Positions 9,049 to 18,299 of a stretch of 51,620 nucleotides of DNA are shown one piece after another. A program made the position numbers and the translations under genes. Position 1 is the stretch's first letter. The number at the start of each line of letters is the position of its first letter. Source of the DNA: Candidatus Levyibacteriota bacterium (GTDB lineage Bacteria > Patescibacteriota > Microgenomatia > Levybacterales > GWA1-39-11); assembly GCA_039738415.1 (NCBI GenBank), contig JBCLLY010000001.1:1-51620 (forward strand), in the 5' to 3' direction. A model generated the notes under the pieces. That model ran no database searches, had not been told where the DNA came from, and saw only the letters and a list, made by a program, of their open reading frames with translations.

Positions 9049-11295
9049 ATGACAACTTTTCAGGACAGAATTTCTCAATTTCTCAGATTCTCATTTTACA
9101 CGTTGTTTTTTGTAACTCCATTTGCTATGTCAAATGTGAACCACGAGCTTTTTGAATTTAACAAAATGTGGATGGTGTATGGAATAACTGTCATAATTTT
9201 TTTTCTCTGGGGACTACGAATGATTTCCGAAAAAAGATTTTATGTAAGACGCACGGTTCTGGACATTCCGATACTTTTATTTTTAGCATCTCAAATAGTC
9301 TCAACGATAATCTCAATCGACCCGCATACATCCTTCTGGGGATATTATTCTCGCTTTAACGGGGGATTATTATCAATAATAACTTATATCTTTCTCTACT
9401 ATGCACTTGTAAGTAATTTCTTCTTTAGTAAAGAAGACGCAAAAGAATTTGTAAAAAGAATTTTAGGAGTCTCTCTTATTTCAGCAGGACTTGTTGCGCT
9501 TTGGGGAATTCCAAGTCACTTCGGATACGACCCCACGTGTCTTGTTTTTGGAAGAGGTTTTACTACAGCATGCTGGACAGCTGCATTTGACCCAACTGCT
9601 AGAATTTTCTCGACTCTTGGTCAGCCAAACTGGTTGGCCGCCTACCTTGCCATCTTGCTCCCCATCACAATGGCATTTTTTCTAGACCTTTCTTTACCTC
9701 TAAAAAACCTGCAGGAAAAAATCAAAAACTACAGACTAATACTATTTGCACTGCTTTCTATAATTTTTTACATAGCAATTGTCTGGACCAATTCCCAATC
9801 CGGATTTTTGGGTCTATGGGCTGGGATTTTCACTTTCATAGGAATAATAAAACTTGTCGCTTTACGAAAAAAGGGGGTTAGTCCGCAAAAACTTTTGAGA
9901 CTAAAATCTCTCAGACTGCTGGGGTTGTTTGTAATTATTTTTATATTTATAAATTTTATTATCGGAAATCCTTTTCCCAGATTTCAGAATATATCGCTTG
10001 AAGGACTAACAAAAGATAAAACACCATCCTCAACTACGCAAGTTGCGCCTGATGAAACGCAACAAGGCCCCTCTCTTGAATATAATATTACAGGGTCCGG
10101 TGAAATAAGACTTATCGTATGGAAGGGAGCTTTGGAGATTTTTAAAGCCAATCCAATTATAGGATCTGGTGTTGAAACTTTTGCATACGCTTATTACAAA
10201 CACCGCCCCGTAGAGCACAATCTCACGTCCGAGTGGGATTATTTGTACAACAAGGCACACAACGAATATCTAAATTATCTTGCAACAACAGGCCTTTTTG
10301 GACTGGGAACATACTTTGCTTTTATCCTACTATTTCTAATAACAGCAATCAAACACTTTCTATCCCAAAAGACTATAACTCCGGTAATTCTTCCGGCAGC
10401 AATAGTGGGCGGATTTATTTCTATTCTTGTTTCAAACTTTTTCGGTTTTTCAGTTGTGCTTTTAAATCTATATTTATTTGTGCTCCCCGCGATATTTTTT
10501 ATGATAGCAGGATATAGGGGGGAAATAATCTCCCAGCCAAAGAAAGCTAATGAAAGTTATAAGATGAACGACTTTAACTCTATGCAGTATTTAGCTTTGA
10601 CACTAATAAGCGCTCTTTCACTTTTCTGGATTTGGTCATTAGTAAGCTTTTGGAATGCAGATAAGGCTTATGCTCTCGGATATAACTACAACAAAATCGG
10701 AGAATATGTCGCCGCAAATAAGCCTCTGGAAGAGGCAGTAAGAACTCGTCCCAATGAGGATTTGTTCAAAAATGAGCTATCGGTAAATCTTTCCTCGCTA
10801 GCACTTGCCTTTGCACAAAACAACCAAAACGAAAGTGCAGCACTTTTTGGTCAGCGCGCAAAGGAAATGTCCGATGAAGTAATAGAAAATAATCCAAACA
10901 ACGTCGTGTATTACAAAACCAGAACCAGAACGTTATTTACTCTTTCGCAAATACAACCTGAACTTTTGGATGAGGCCTATAAAACAATTCTAAAAGCACA
11001 AATTCTTGCTCCAACAGATGCAAAAATTCTTTACAACAAAGCGCTTATTGAAGAAGTTGTAGGTAATGAAGAGAAAGCTTTAGAAACACTCGAACTGACA
11101 ATTAAATTGAAGCCTAATTATCTTGATGCGATCTTCCGAAAAGCTATAATTTTAGTTAGCCTGTCTGAAAAGGTTGATGATACATCAAGAGCACAAGAAT
11201 ACAAAAAACAGGCAAAACAAACATTGGAATATATTACTAAAACTCTTGCTCCCGGTTTTACGCAAGCAGAAGAGCTACTAAAAACACTTGAATAA
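9049..11295 (+). CDS. O-antigen ligase/polymerase-like membrane protein with C-terminal TPR repeats
   Basis: Many TM segments followed by a soluble repeat region (NPNNVVYYKTR..., ALETLELTIKLKPNYLDAIFRKA). I prefer the ATG at 9049 over the TTG at 9010 used in the ORF track. Confidence 0.75.
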   Translation: MTTFQDRISQFLRFSFYTLFFVTPFAMSNVNHELFEFNKMWMVYGITVIIFFLWGLRMISEKRFYVRRTVLDIPILLFLASQIVSTIISIDPHTSFWGYYSRFNGGLLSIITYIFLYYALVSNFFFSKEDAKEFVKRILGVSLISAGLVALWGIPSHFGYDPTCLVFGRGFTTACWTAAFDPTARIFSTLGQPNWLAAYLAILLPITMAFFLDLSLPLKNLQEKIKNYRLILFALLSIIFYIAIVWTNSQSGFLGLWAGIFTFIGIIKLVALRKKGVSPQKLLRLKSLRLLGLFVIIFIFINFIIGNPFPRFQNISLEGLTKDKTPSSTTQVAPDETQQGPSLEYNITGSGEIRLIVWKGALEIFKANPIIGSGVETFAYAYYKHRPVEHNLTSEWDYLYNKAHNEYLNYLATTGLFGLGTYFAFILLFLITAIKHFLSQKTITPVILPAAIVGGFISILVSNFFGFSVVLLNLYLFVLPAIFFMIAGYRGEIISQPKKANESYKMNDFNSMQYLALTLISALSLFWIWSLVSFWNADKAYALGYNYNKIGEYVAANKPLEEAVRTRPNEDLFKNELSVNLSSLALAFAQNNQNESAALFGQRAKEMSDEVIENNPNNVVYYKTRTRTLFTLSQIQPELLDEAYKTILKAQILAPTDAKILYNKALIEEVVGNEEKALETLELTIKLKPNYLDAIFRKAIILVSLSEKVDDTSRAQEYKKQAKQTLEYITKTLAPGFTQAEELLKTLE

Positions 11296-11340
11296 TTACT
11301 AGAGCGTTAGTAAAATACATAACTTACAAATCAAAAAATT

Positions 11341-11934
11341 ATGTACAAACTTGTAACTACTCCTGACCCGATTCTCAATAATGTCGCAAGACCCGTGACT
11401 GACTTTGATAAAAAACTTAAAGAGACTCTGGGTTCAATGGAACAAGCTTTAAGAATTACCCAGGATCCTATCGGAGTTGGACTTGCAGCACCTCAAGTAG
11501 GACTATCCCTGAGGATTTTTCAAATGCGTCCTGACGAAAAATCCCAAGTCCGTTCATTTATCAATCCGGAAATAGTGAGGATTTCTGAGGAAACAAGTGA
11601 TTACATTTCTCAATCCGGAAAAAAGAAAAAGGCAATCGAAGACGGGAGAATTCCCCCACCCAAAGGTAAAAGGCTTTTGGAAGGCTGTCTTTCGATTCCA
11701 AATATTTGGGGCTATGTTCAGCGGAAAAAAGAAGTGACTCTTGCTTTTCAAGACGCGGATGGAAATAAACACGAGCAAGTTTTTAGCGGATTTCTGGCGA
11801 TAATTGTCCAACACGAAATCGATCACTTAAATGGAACTCTCTTTACAAAACATGTTATAGATCAAAATGAAAAACTTTATAAATCCCACAAAGATAAAAC
11901 CGGCGAAGATGTCTTTGAAAAAATAGAGATCTAG
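11341..11934 (+). CDS. def: peptide deformylase
   Basis: GVGLAAPQVG, EGCLSIP and HEIDHLNG motifs. Confidence 0.93.
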   Translation: MYKLVTTPDPILNNVARPVTDFDKKLKETLGSMEQALRITQDPIGVGLAAPQVGLSLRIFQMRPDEKSQVRSFINPEIVRISEETSDYISQSGKKKKAIEDGRIPPPKGKRLLEGCLSIPNIWGYVQRKKEVTLAFQDADGNKHEQVFSGFLAIIVQHEIDHLNGTLFTKHVIDQNEKLYKSHKDKTGEDVFEKIEI

Positions 11935-13052
11935 AGCTTTTCAACTTTTTCCCAAAAATCATCGGTCTCTTGGAGCTTACTATCGGCAAGAGTAAGTGCA
12001 TTATCAATAACGCTTGAAATTTCTAACAATCGGGTGCGTCTTTCTAGAGGATTTAGTTCATAATAAGTACGAATTTCTCTTGCCTCTTCCGCCTTTTCTC
12101 TCCCAATATATTTTGCAAGTATATTTATATCCGCATCAGTATTTTTTCCAAATAATAAATATCTTACCTGTGCACCCATCTGCACATAAGGCGAGGTGTG
12201 TATTCTTTGAGGCTTAATTTGCGAGTACATTTTTCTTCTTGCAGTATTTGCAAGAGTAGCAGCCTCTTTATTACGCTCTCCCATGTTCTCCAACCGCTTA
12301 ATTTCTTGGCTAAACTGCTGAAATGGAAATCTATCTCGTTCCCGCTCACCATAAAGCACCCCCTCAAGATATCGGTATTTATTTGCTTTCTGCTCATTTC
12401 CGAGTAACATTTTTGTTATTTGTGGATACAAATGTGCAAGCATAAGTCTAGTTCTGCTTGGATTATCGCGTCCAATTCTGTCTTTTTTTACAGCGTTTAA
12501 AATAATTTGCTTTACTAAAAGCTTATCAGTAGAACGAACGTTATCAAATCCATTCTCAACTAAAGCTTTTGCAGCAAGCTCTTCTAATTCTTCCATTGAG
12601 ACTCGCGCGGTGTGCGTCTTTTGCAATTCTATTGCTATACCTCTCATTGCTCTGTGTATCCCAAGAAGTGACAACGTCTCTGAACCGGTCTTTCTATCAT
12701 AACTATCGGCAATATGACGAGCTTGCCTAATTGCAGTTTCCACATCAGGGCTACGCATCCATAAAGATTCTGCAATACTAACACTATCAAATCCCAACTC
12801 ATCTCTCTGAGAAAAATTTGGAAGTGATACCTGAATTTTTTTCCCACTAAATCTTCTTACAAAAACTTTGCCATCTTCGCTATGCCTAATTCTGGGATCC
12901 CCGAGTTCAGGCAACTGATAAATTTCTGCATTTGTCATAGCATCATGAGGAAAAGTTATCGTTTTCTCGCCTGCTATTTTTCCGGGAATATCCTTATGCG
13001 TCTGCAAAACAATTGCGCGTTCAATAGCGTCAGTTGGTCTTTCTGGATTCAT
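11931..13052 (-). CDS. hypothetical protein
   Basis: 373-aa ORF with no TM segment and no motif I recognise. Confidence 0.7.
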   Translation of the reverse strand: MNPERPTDAIERAIVLQTHKDIPGKIAGEKTITFPHDAMTNAEIYQLPELGDPRIRHSEDGKVFVRRFSGKKIQVSLPNFSQRDELGFDSVSIAESLWMRSPDVETAIRQARHIADSYDRKTGSETLSLLGIHRAMRGIAIELQKTHTARVSMEELEELAAKALVENGFDNVRSTDKLLVKQIILNAVKKDRIGRDNPSRTRLMLAHLYPQITKMLLGNEQKANKYRYLEGVLYGERERDRFPFQQFSQEIKRLENMGERNKEAATLANTARRKMYSQIKPQRIHTSPYVQMGAQVRYLLFGKNTDADINILAKYIGREKAEEAREIRTYYELNPLERRTRLLEISSVIDNALTLADSKLQETDDFWEKVEKL

Positions 13053-13096
13053 AATGCTGACATTATATCTTATTTTTCAAATAAAACCTTGAAAAA

Positions 13097-13798
13097 ATGG
13101 CATATTTCCTGTATAATATATGTACTATGGGATTATCAACTGAGTTTGGTCCGCCTACATCGTTTGAAAACGATCCTGATTCCACAACGCGTCTTGCAGA
13201 GCTTTATGCAAATATTGCTCTAACAGATGTATTTATGCATGGAGCTGCCATAACCTCTTTTGGTATATTACAGTATCCGAGCATATTGGAATATGATAAA
13301 GGCAACATGAATCAAAACAACATGGACCTCTATAATCAAGGAAGAATTATCACTGTGCGTCCAGACGAAATAAATGCTGATGTCACTGACTCTTCCCATC
13401 CTCCCATTATTTATCTTATCCCGCCTGGCTCTGTAAATAGACTAGTCATCAAAGAACATTTTAGAGGAAAAAGAAAATTACAACCCTCAATAATGCTTTA
13501 TCATGGAATGGATGATTCTAACAAACCTATAACAGATTCCGTTACCGGAAGTTTTCATCTCATGGAGGGACTCAAACTAGCTGTTCTCCAAAAAATGCGC
13601 GACCATAATATTGAACCAAAAAGCACCTTAGACAGGGCGCCCAAAACTATAGCTAAAGAAGCTCTTATTAATATTGCTTTTTCAATGGGTCTTGGAAATA
13701 TTGATGAGGTTATAAAAAAAACATTGGAAGAAATAGCTATGGAAAAGAATAGAGCAGTATCAGTTGCTGAATCTATAATGAATGGTGGCGAACACTAA
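13097..13798 (+). CDS. hypothetical protein
   Basis: 233-aa ORF (alternative ATG at 13127). Its stop overlaps the fmt start. Confidence 0.65.
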   Translation: MAYFLYNICTMGLSTEFGPPTSFENDPDSTTRLAELYANIALTDVFMHGAAITSFGILQYPSILEYDKGNMNQNNMDLYNQGRIITVRPDEINADVTDSSHPPIIYLIPPGSVNRLVIKEHFRGKRKLQPSIMLYHGMDDSNKPITDSVTGSFHLMEGLKLAVLQKMRDHNIEPKSTLDRAPKTIAKEALINIAFSMGLGNIDEVIKKTLEEIAMEKNRAVSVAESIMNGGEH

Positions 13799-14757
13799 TG
13801 ATGAAACAAAATATTATTTTTTTTGGTAGCGGGAGTTACACAATTCCTATTGTTAAAAAACTCCTAGCTCACAATTTGCTCCTTGTCGTAACTACAGAAA
13901 AAGTTGGGGAATTAGTAAAATTATGCGAGTTAGAACGGATAAAATATATTTGCACAAACTTAAAGGACGAAAATGACATAAAACTTATACAAGAGTCCAA
14001 GCCAACGCTTGCAATCCTGGCAAGTTACGGCGCAGTAATTCCGGAAAAGATTATCAAATCAATAAAAAACGGAATTATCAATATCCACCCTTCTCTTCTT
14101 CCCAAATATAAGGGACCCTCTCCTATTCAGTACACTTTGTTAAATTCCGATACTCAGACAGGAGTCACTTTGATAAAATTGGATAACGAAATTGATCATG
14201 GGAATATCCTTTCTCAAACAAATTACAAGTTAAAAGGAGACGAGACCACAAAAGACTTACTCGATATTTTATTTTTACAAGGTGCTGAAATGGTTGAAGA
14301 CTTAATTATCAAACTTGAAAACGGAGAAAATTTAATCGAAACCCCGCAGAATCATTCTCGGGAATCCTGGAGTTATAAAATTGAAAAAAAGGATGGGGAA
14401 ATAAATATGTCCAGTATACTGGACACTGGAAAATTAAAAAATATGATACGGGCTTATTATCCCTGGCCCGGAGTTTGGCTCCGCTATTCCTTACCCGTCA
14501 TTGCAAACCCAAGTAATGTCATTGCGATCCCGACTAGTCGGGAGAAGCAATCCAAACCCCAACGTCATCCTGAACCTGCTCGCCTCGCTGAGTCGAAGCG
14601 GGTTTCAGGATCTTCAAAACTTACAAATAAAATAATCAAACTCCTACCACAAGACCTCATACAGGTTGAAGGAAAAAACCCGATAAACTATAATGATTTT
14701 ATAAATGGTTTTGGAAATGAAGGAAAAGAATTGCTACAGAAGTTACAATTAATATGA
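13798..14757 (+). CDS. fmt: methionyl-tRNA formyltransferase carrying an in-frame GC-rich insertion
   Basis: HPSLLPKYKGPSPIQ and YYPWPGVW motifs. An extra roughly 40 aa (VIANPSNVIAIPTSREKQSKPQRHPEPARLAESKRVSGSS) follows the PWPG motif. Confidence 0.9.
   Translation: MMKQNIIFFGSGSYTIPIVKKLLAHNLLLVVTTEKVGELVKLCELERIKYICTNLKDENDIKLIQESKPTLAILASYGAVIPEKIIKSIKNGIINIHPSLLPKYKGPSPIQYTLLNSDTQTGVTLIKLDNEIDHGNILSQTNYKLKGDETTKDLLDILFLQGAEMVEDLIIKLENGENLIETPQNHSRESWSYKIEKKDGEINMSSILDTGKLKNMIRAYYPWPGVWLRYSLPVIANPSNVIAIPTSREKQSKPQRHPEPARLAESKRVSGSSKLTNKIIKLLPQDLIQVEGKNPINYNDFINGFGNEGKELLQKLQLI
14497..14612. repeat. GC-rich palindromic element inside fmt
   Basis: GTCATTGCGATCCCGACTAGTCGGGAGAAGCAATC and GTCATCCTGAAC...GAGTCGAAGCG...GTTTCAGGATC. 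It has the same building blocks as the elements at 17895, 26090 and 47908. Confidence 0.7.
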
Positions 14758-15314
14758 CTACACCTGAAGAATTTCTAAGGATCAAAGCACAACATAATGT
14801 TGACACGGGCAGTAACAAGGGCCCATCAAATTTTGCAGAGGCTAGTGAAAAAGCTGAGGCAACAAATTTTCTCTCGAATCTTAAATCTGATTTAAGGATT
14901 GGAAATATTTACTATCCTGGTTGTAGTGATGATTCGATTCTTGAACCGGTTTTTACGGGGCATATAACATATTTGGATGACAGAATTGTGAGGCGTGACG
15001 CGGGAAAGTTAGGTTTTTTATCTAACTTTATGTCGCCTCCCAAAGAGATTGTAGACAACTCTTTTGACGCAGCGTTTATTAAAGATCTTCATCTGCATCT
15101 GAAAGAAGATGGACAAACTGCATCACCTAGTGAAAAGCTTGAAGCCATACTACGAAAGGTAAAAACAAACGGAACAATTATTTACGGCATTAGGAGGGCA
15201 TGTCCCGAATGGGAAGGCGAACTTGGATTTTTAAGTGCCCAAACCAACTTGAGAAATCTTCAACTACCCTATTCCAATCCCAATTTCAAAGTTTTCTTTA
15301 AAATATCTATCTAG
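14754..15314 (+). CDS. hypothetical protein, weakly class-I methyltransferase-like
   Basis: 186-aa ORF. YYPGCSDD and FDAAFIKDLHLHL resemble SAM-methyltransferase motifs I and II. Weak evidence. Confidence 0.6.
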   Translation: MTTPEEFLRIKAQHNVDTGSNKGPSNFAEASEKAEATNFLSNLKSDLRIGNIYYPGCSDDSILEPVFTGHITYLDDRIVRRDAGKLGFLSNFMSPPKEIVDNSFDAAFIKDLHLHLKEDGQTASPSEKLEAILRKVKTNGTIIYGIRRACPEWEGELGFLSAQTNLRNLQLPYSNPNFKVFFKISI

Positions 15315-15576
15315 TTCTAGCAACAATATTTTCTGCATTTTTTATAAAATCACTTTGCATAATTTCTGCTCTTTTTATCTCCGTAACAAATTCAGGTATA
15401 TACTCGGGTGGTATCTCCTTAAACGAATGAGTGTTCAAAATATATTGTAAAGCAACAAGTCCAATGATAGGATTTTCAAGTTGTCTTGGATCAATTGGAT
15501 AAATAAAATTTACACTTTTATTATTTTGTGCAGGAATTATCATTTCTTTTTTTCTGAACTTGAAAAATGTCATCAT
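15307..15576 (-). CDS. hypothetical protein (possibly the 3' part of a frameshifted gene)
   Basis: 89-aa ORF that overlaps the 63-aa ORF 15521-15712 across an A7 tract. Confidence 0.45.
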   Translation of the reverse strand: MMTFFKFRKKEMIIPAQNNKSVNFIYPIDPRQLENPIIGLVALQYILNTHSFKEIPPEYIPEFVTEIKRAEIMQSDFIKNAENIVARTR

Positions 15577-15712
15577 AATCCTTCATTTCCTCATCTAAAA
15601 TTCTTCCCCTCTGAATTGGACTAAGGCGCCCAAATCTTTCAATAAGAGTTGCATTGGTGGATTGAAAGCGGGACACTAGTTTGGGAAAGTCAGGTTCTAT
15701 TCTCATCAGCAA
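15521..15712 (-). CDS. hypothetical protein (possibly the 5' part of a frameshifted gene)
   Basis: 63-aa ORF; see 15307-15576. Confidence 0.35.
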   Translation of the reverse strand: MLMRIEPDFPKLVSRFQSTNATLIERFGRLSPIQRGRILDEEMKDYDDIFQVQKKRNDNSCTK

Positions 15713-15761
15713 ATTTTACTACAGGGTGAAGAGTAAATAAAGAAAAATGTAAAAATCAAGA

Positions 15762-16010
15762 CTAAGCGGCGGCAGTTGGGATTGTGGAGACTTGTTCTTT
15801 CTGTTCTTTTTGTTCTTTAAGAGCAAGCGCTGCTTTTGCAAAAAATCGGATGCATTTTGTGCAAAGCTTCAAGTTCATCGCACGACCCGCAAGAACCACT
15901 CTCTTCTTGTGAAGATTTGGTTTCCAGGTTCTTTTTGAGCGGTTTTTAGCATGAGAAACTTTATTCCCATACATTATCCCCTTTCTGCAGTAATCACAAA
16001 GCATTGCCAT
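15762..16010 (-). CDS. rpmB: ribosomal protein L28 with a KEQ-repeat tail
   Basis: MAMLCDYCRKGIMYGNKVSHAKNRSKRTWKPNLHKKRV is a typical L28 sequence. I moved the start to the internal ATG at 16010, because the track start overlaps the upstream gene. Confidence 0.88.
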   Translation of the reverse strand: MAMLCDYCRKGIMYGNKVSHAKNRSKRTWKPNLHKKRVVLAGRAMNLKLCTKCIRFFAKAALALKEQKEQKEQVSTIPTAAA

Positions 16011-16050
16011 AGGTAGATATTTTAGCAAACTTGAGGTTACTTTACAATCA

Positions 16051-16686
16051 CTACTCAACCATTTCATGTGTTTTTATATAATGTTCCTCGCTTTCATAAA
16101 AAATACCCTCTTCCAAAGAATAAAACCATCCTGTCTGTTTAGCCAATTCCATGGGATCCATCTTGTTGACCTCGGGACTCATATATATGCCCGCTATCTG
16201 CTTCTGAGTATACTTTGGCGCCCAAGTCATTTTTTGCTTCACAAATTTAGACGCTAAATCAATTGAAACCACTTTTACCTGATGAGCTGTCGATGTAGCA
16301 TCAATAGGGAATTCGAATTTAACTGCAAGTCTTCCATCAAAGTCTGGAAGCATAATACCATGACCCTCCGTAATCATCAGGTCAACGATTCTCCGATTTT
16401 CTTCGGATAAAGACCTATAATCGATAATTACATTTGCTGCAGCACCTTCAATCTGAAGATTTTCAAAACTTGCAGATGATGAAAGAGTCTGAACGTTTAA
16501 ATCATAAAATGCTTCACATGCAGGCACTAAAGGCTCATCTACAATATTAGATATTTCTGCCTTATTTAATAATAGCTGATTTCTGCTATCACTTACTGGC
16601 TTTACCTCAGCTATTAGTTTATCTGGAACTTCTGGAACTTCTGGAACTTCTGGAACTTCTGGAACTTCTCCACCCACTTCACTCAT
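16051..16686 (-). CDS. hypothetical protein with an N-terminal (EVP)5 repeat
   Basis: 211-aa ORF; no recognised domain. Confidence 0.65.
   Translation of the reverse strand: MSEVGGEVPEVPEVPEVPEVPDKLIAEVKPVSDSRNQLLLNKAEISNIVDEPLVPACEAFYDLNVQTLSSSASFENLQIEGAAANVIIDYRSLSEENRRIVDLMITEGHGIMLPDFDGRLAVKFEFPIDATSTAHQVKVVSIDLASKFVKQKMTWAPKYTQKQIAGIYMSPEVNKMDPMELAKQTGWFYSLEEGIFYESEEHYIKTHEMVE
16623..16667. repeat. 9-nt tandem repeat x5 (CTGGAACTT)
   Basis: Read directly from the sequence. Encodes EVPEVPEVPEVPEVP on the minus strand. Confidence 0.95.
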
Positions 16687-16712
16687 TAGATAAATAATAT
16701 CACATTCCCACT

Positions 16713-16741
16713 AAAAAAGCCCCATTACTGGGGCTTTTTTT
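16713..16741 (-). terminator. rho-independent terminator after rplL
   Basis: The GCCCC-ATTACT-GGGGC stem is flanked by A and T runs. On the minus strand the stem is followed by TTTTTT. Confidence 0.8.
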
Positions 16742-16803
16742 GAGAAACTTTATAGCTTAATAAGCTAAGATTATTCTTAATTCATAATTCCTACATCTTA
16801 ATT

Positions 16804-17193
16804 CTACTTTAGTGTAACCTTTGCGCCTGCATCTTCAAGTTTCTTTTTAGCCTCTTGCGCAGTAGTTTTATTTACTGCTGTCATAACCTCATTAGGTGCA
16901 GCATCAACTAAATCCTTTGCTTCTTTAAGTCCGAGTGTTGGGACAAGTTCACGTAAAGCCTTAATTACTGAAAGCTTTTGTGCTCCAGTTTCAGTTATTT
17001 CAACGTTAAAAACAGTCTGCTCGGAAACTTCCTCTGCCGGTACGCCTGCACCTGCTGAAGCTGCTGCAACTGCTAACGGAGCTTGAGCTTTAACATCAAA
17101 CTTTTCTTCAATTGCTTTAACCAGCTCTGATAAATCTAGAACTGACATCTCCTCAATTGCTTTTAAAATATCGCTCTGTGTTAGTTTTGCCAT
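16804..17193 (-). CDS. rplL: ribosomal protein L7/L12
   Basis: Ala-rich hinge followed by LKEAKDLVD...[16 protein letters not shown] strong GGAGGTGA Shine-Dalgarno lies upstream. Confidence 0.95.
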   Translation of the reverse strand: MAKLTQSDILKAIEEMSVLDLSELVKAIEEKFDVKAQAPLAVAAASAGAGVPAEEVSEQTVFNVEITETGAQKLSVIKALRELVPTLGLKEAKDLVDAAPNEVMTAVNKTTAQEAKKKLEDAGAKVTLK

Positions 17194-17370
17194 ATATCAC
17201 TCACCTCCCTTCATTCGGTTGTTTTAGTTAAGAATTCAAAGTTAAAAATGAAAAATTATCACCGCCAAAGCGGAATCCCAACTGCAAACTATCAGCGGGA
17301 CAATTATTAATTAAAGGTTTTTACAATTTCTAATTTTAAACTGCAACTTTGAACTTTTAATTTTAAACTT

Positions 17371-17886
17371 TTAACTTGCTTTTTTCTTCTCAACTTCATA
17401 AAGTGCGATTGCAAGGCTTGAAATCGTGTACTTAAGATCAAAAACCAGCCGTTGCATAGGGCTTTGAAGCGCTGAGGCAATCATCGATAGTAATTGGTCG
17501 CGTGATGGAAGATCTGCAATTGCTTTTACTTTATCGTCTTCGATTATTGCATTCTCGAATACTCCAAATTTTATAACGGGCTTTTCATATTGTTTATAAA
17601 AATTCATCAACGCCTTTGCAACACTTGCGGCATCGCCATAAGCAAAAATCATAGCGTGGGGACCATTTAGTTTTTCGGAAGCGTCAATATCTTTTTCTTT
17701 AAGGGCTATATTAAAAAGTGTATTTTTAAAAATTGCCATTTCTCCGTTCAAATTACCCAAAGTTTTGCGGAATTCCTCTAATTGCTGGTGGGAAAGTCCA
17801 TGGTAATCTACGAAAAATACAGCAGAAGCTCTATTTAACTTCTCCTTTATCTGTTCTAATTGTTCTATGTTTTTCTGACTTGGCAT
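17371..17886 (-). CDS. rplJ: ribosomal protein L10
   Basis: MPSQKNIEQLEQIKEKL...VDYHGLSHQQLEEFRKTL. I moved the start to 17886, because the upstream 50 codons of the track ORF are a translated repeat element. Confidence 0.9.
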   Translation of the reverse strand: MPSQKNIEQLEQIKEKLNRASAVFFVDYHGLSHQQLEEFRKTLGNLNGEMAIFKNTLFNIALKEKDIDASEKLNGPHAMIFAYGDAASVAKALMNFYKQYEKPVIKFGVFENAIIEDDKVKAIADLPSRDQLLSMIASALQSPMQRLVFDLKYTISSLAIALYEVEKKKAS

Positions 17887-17894
17887 AATGTTTT

Positions 17895-17995
17895 GTGTCA
17901 TTCCGGACTTGATCCGGAATCTATATCTGTATCCCGCATCCCATTCGGCAGGCTCAGGGCCTGAGCGAAGTCGAACGGCAAGTTCGGGATGACAA
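17895..17995. repeat. GC-rich palindromic element in the rplJ leader
   Basis: GTCATTCCGGACTTGATCCGGAATC ... GCTCAGGGCCTGAGC GAAGTCGAACGGCAAG TTCGGGATGAC. The ends are inverted (GTCATTCCGGA / TTCGGGATGAC). Confidence 0.75.
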
Positions 17996-18009
17996 ACTAT
18001 TGTCCCATT

Positions 18010-18034
18010 AAAAAAGCGCCCTTTGAGGAGCGCC
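18010..18034 (-). terminator. terminator-like hairpin upstream of the rplJ leader element
   Basis: Minus strand GCGC-T-CC TCAAA GG GCGC followed by TTTTTT. It may act as an attenuator; its role is uncertain. Confidence 0.35.
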
Positions 18035-18299
18035 AACTTTTCACTTTAAATTTTGAACTTTAAACTGAACGGCTCCTCGGCAGGTCTTATTTTTCGTTTA
18101 CCCTGAGGTATTCGAAGGGCCCACTTTCTTAGGATTAAAAGTATTTTAACAGACGCCTTATTATTTTTCAAGCTTAAATCTAAATTTTAACTAAAGCACT
18201 ACCCTATTGAATTTTTAAAAGATAAGGAATAGAATAAAAAGTTGTGATTGTTGAAAACAATCACTATTAAGAAGGCAGTTGTCTTCTTTTTTTAATTTT

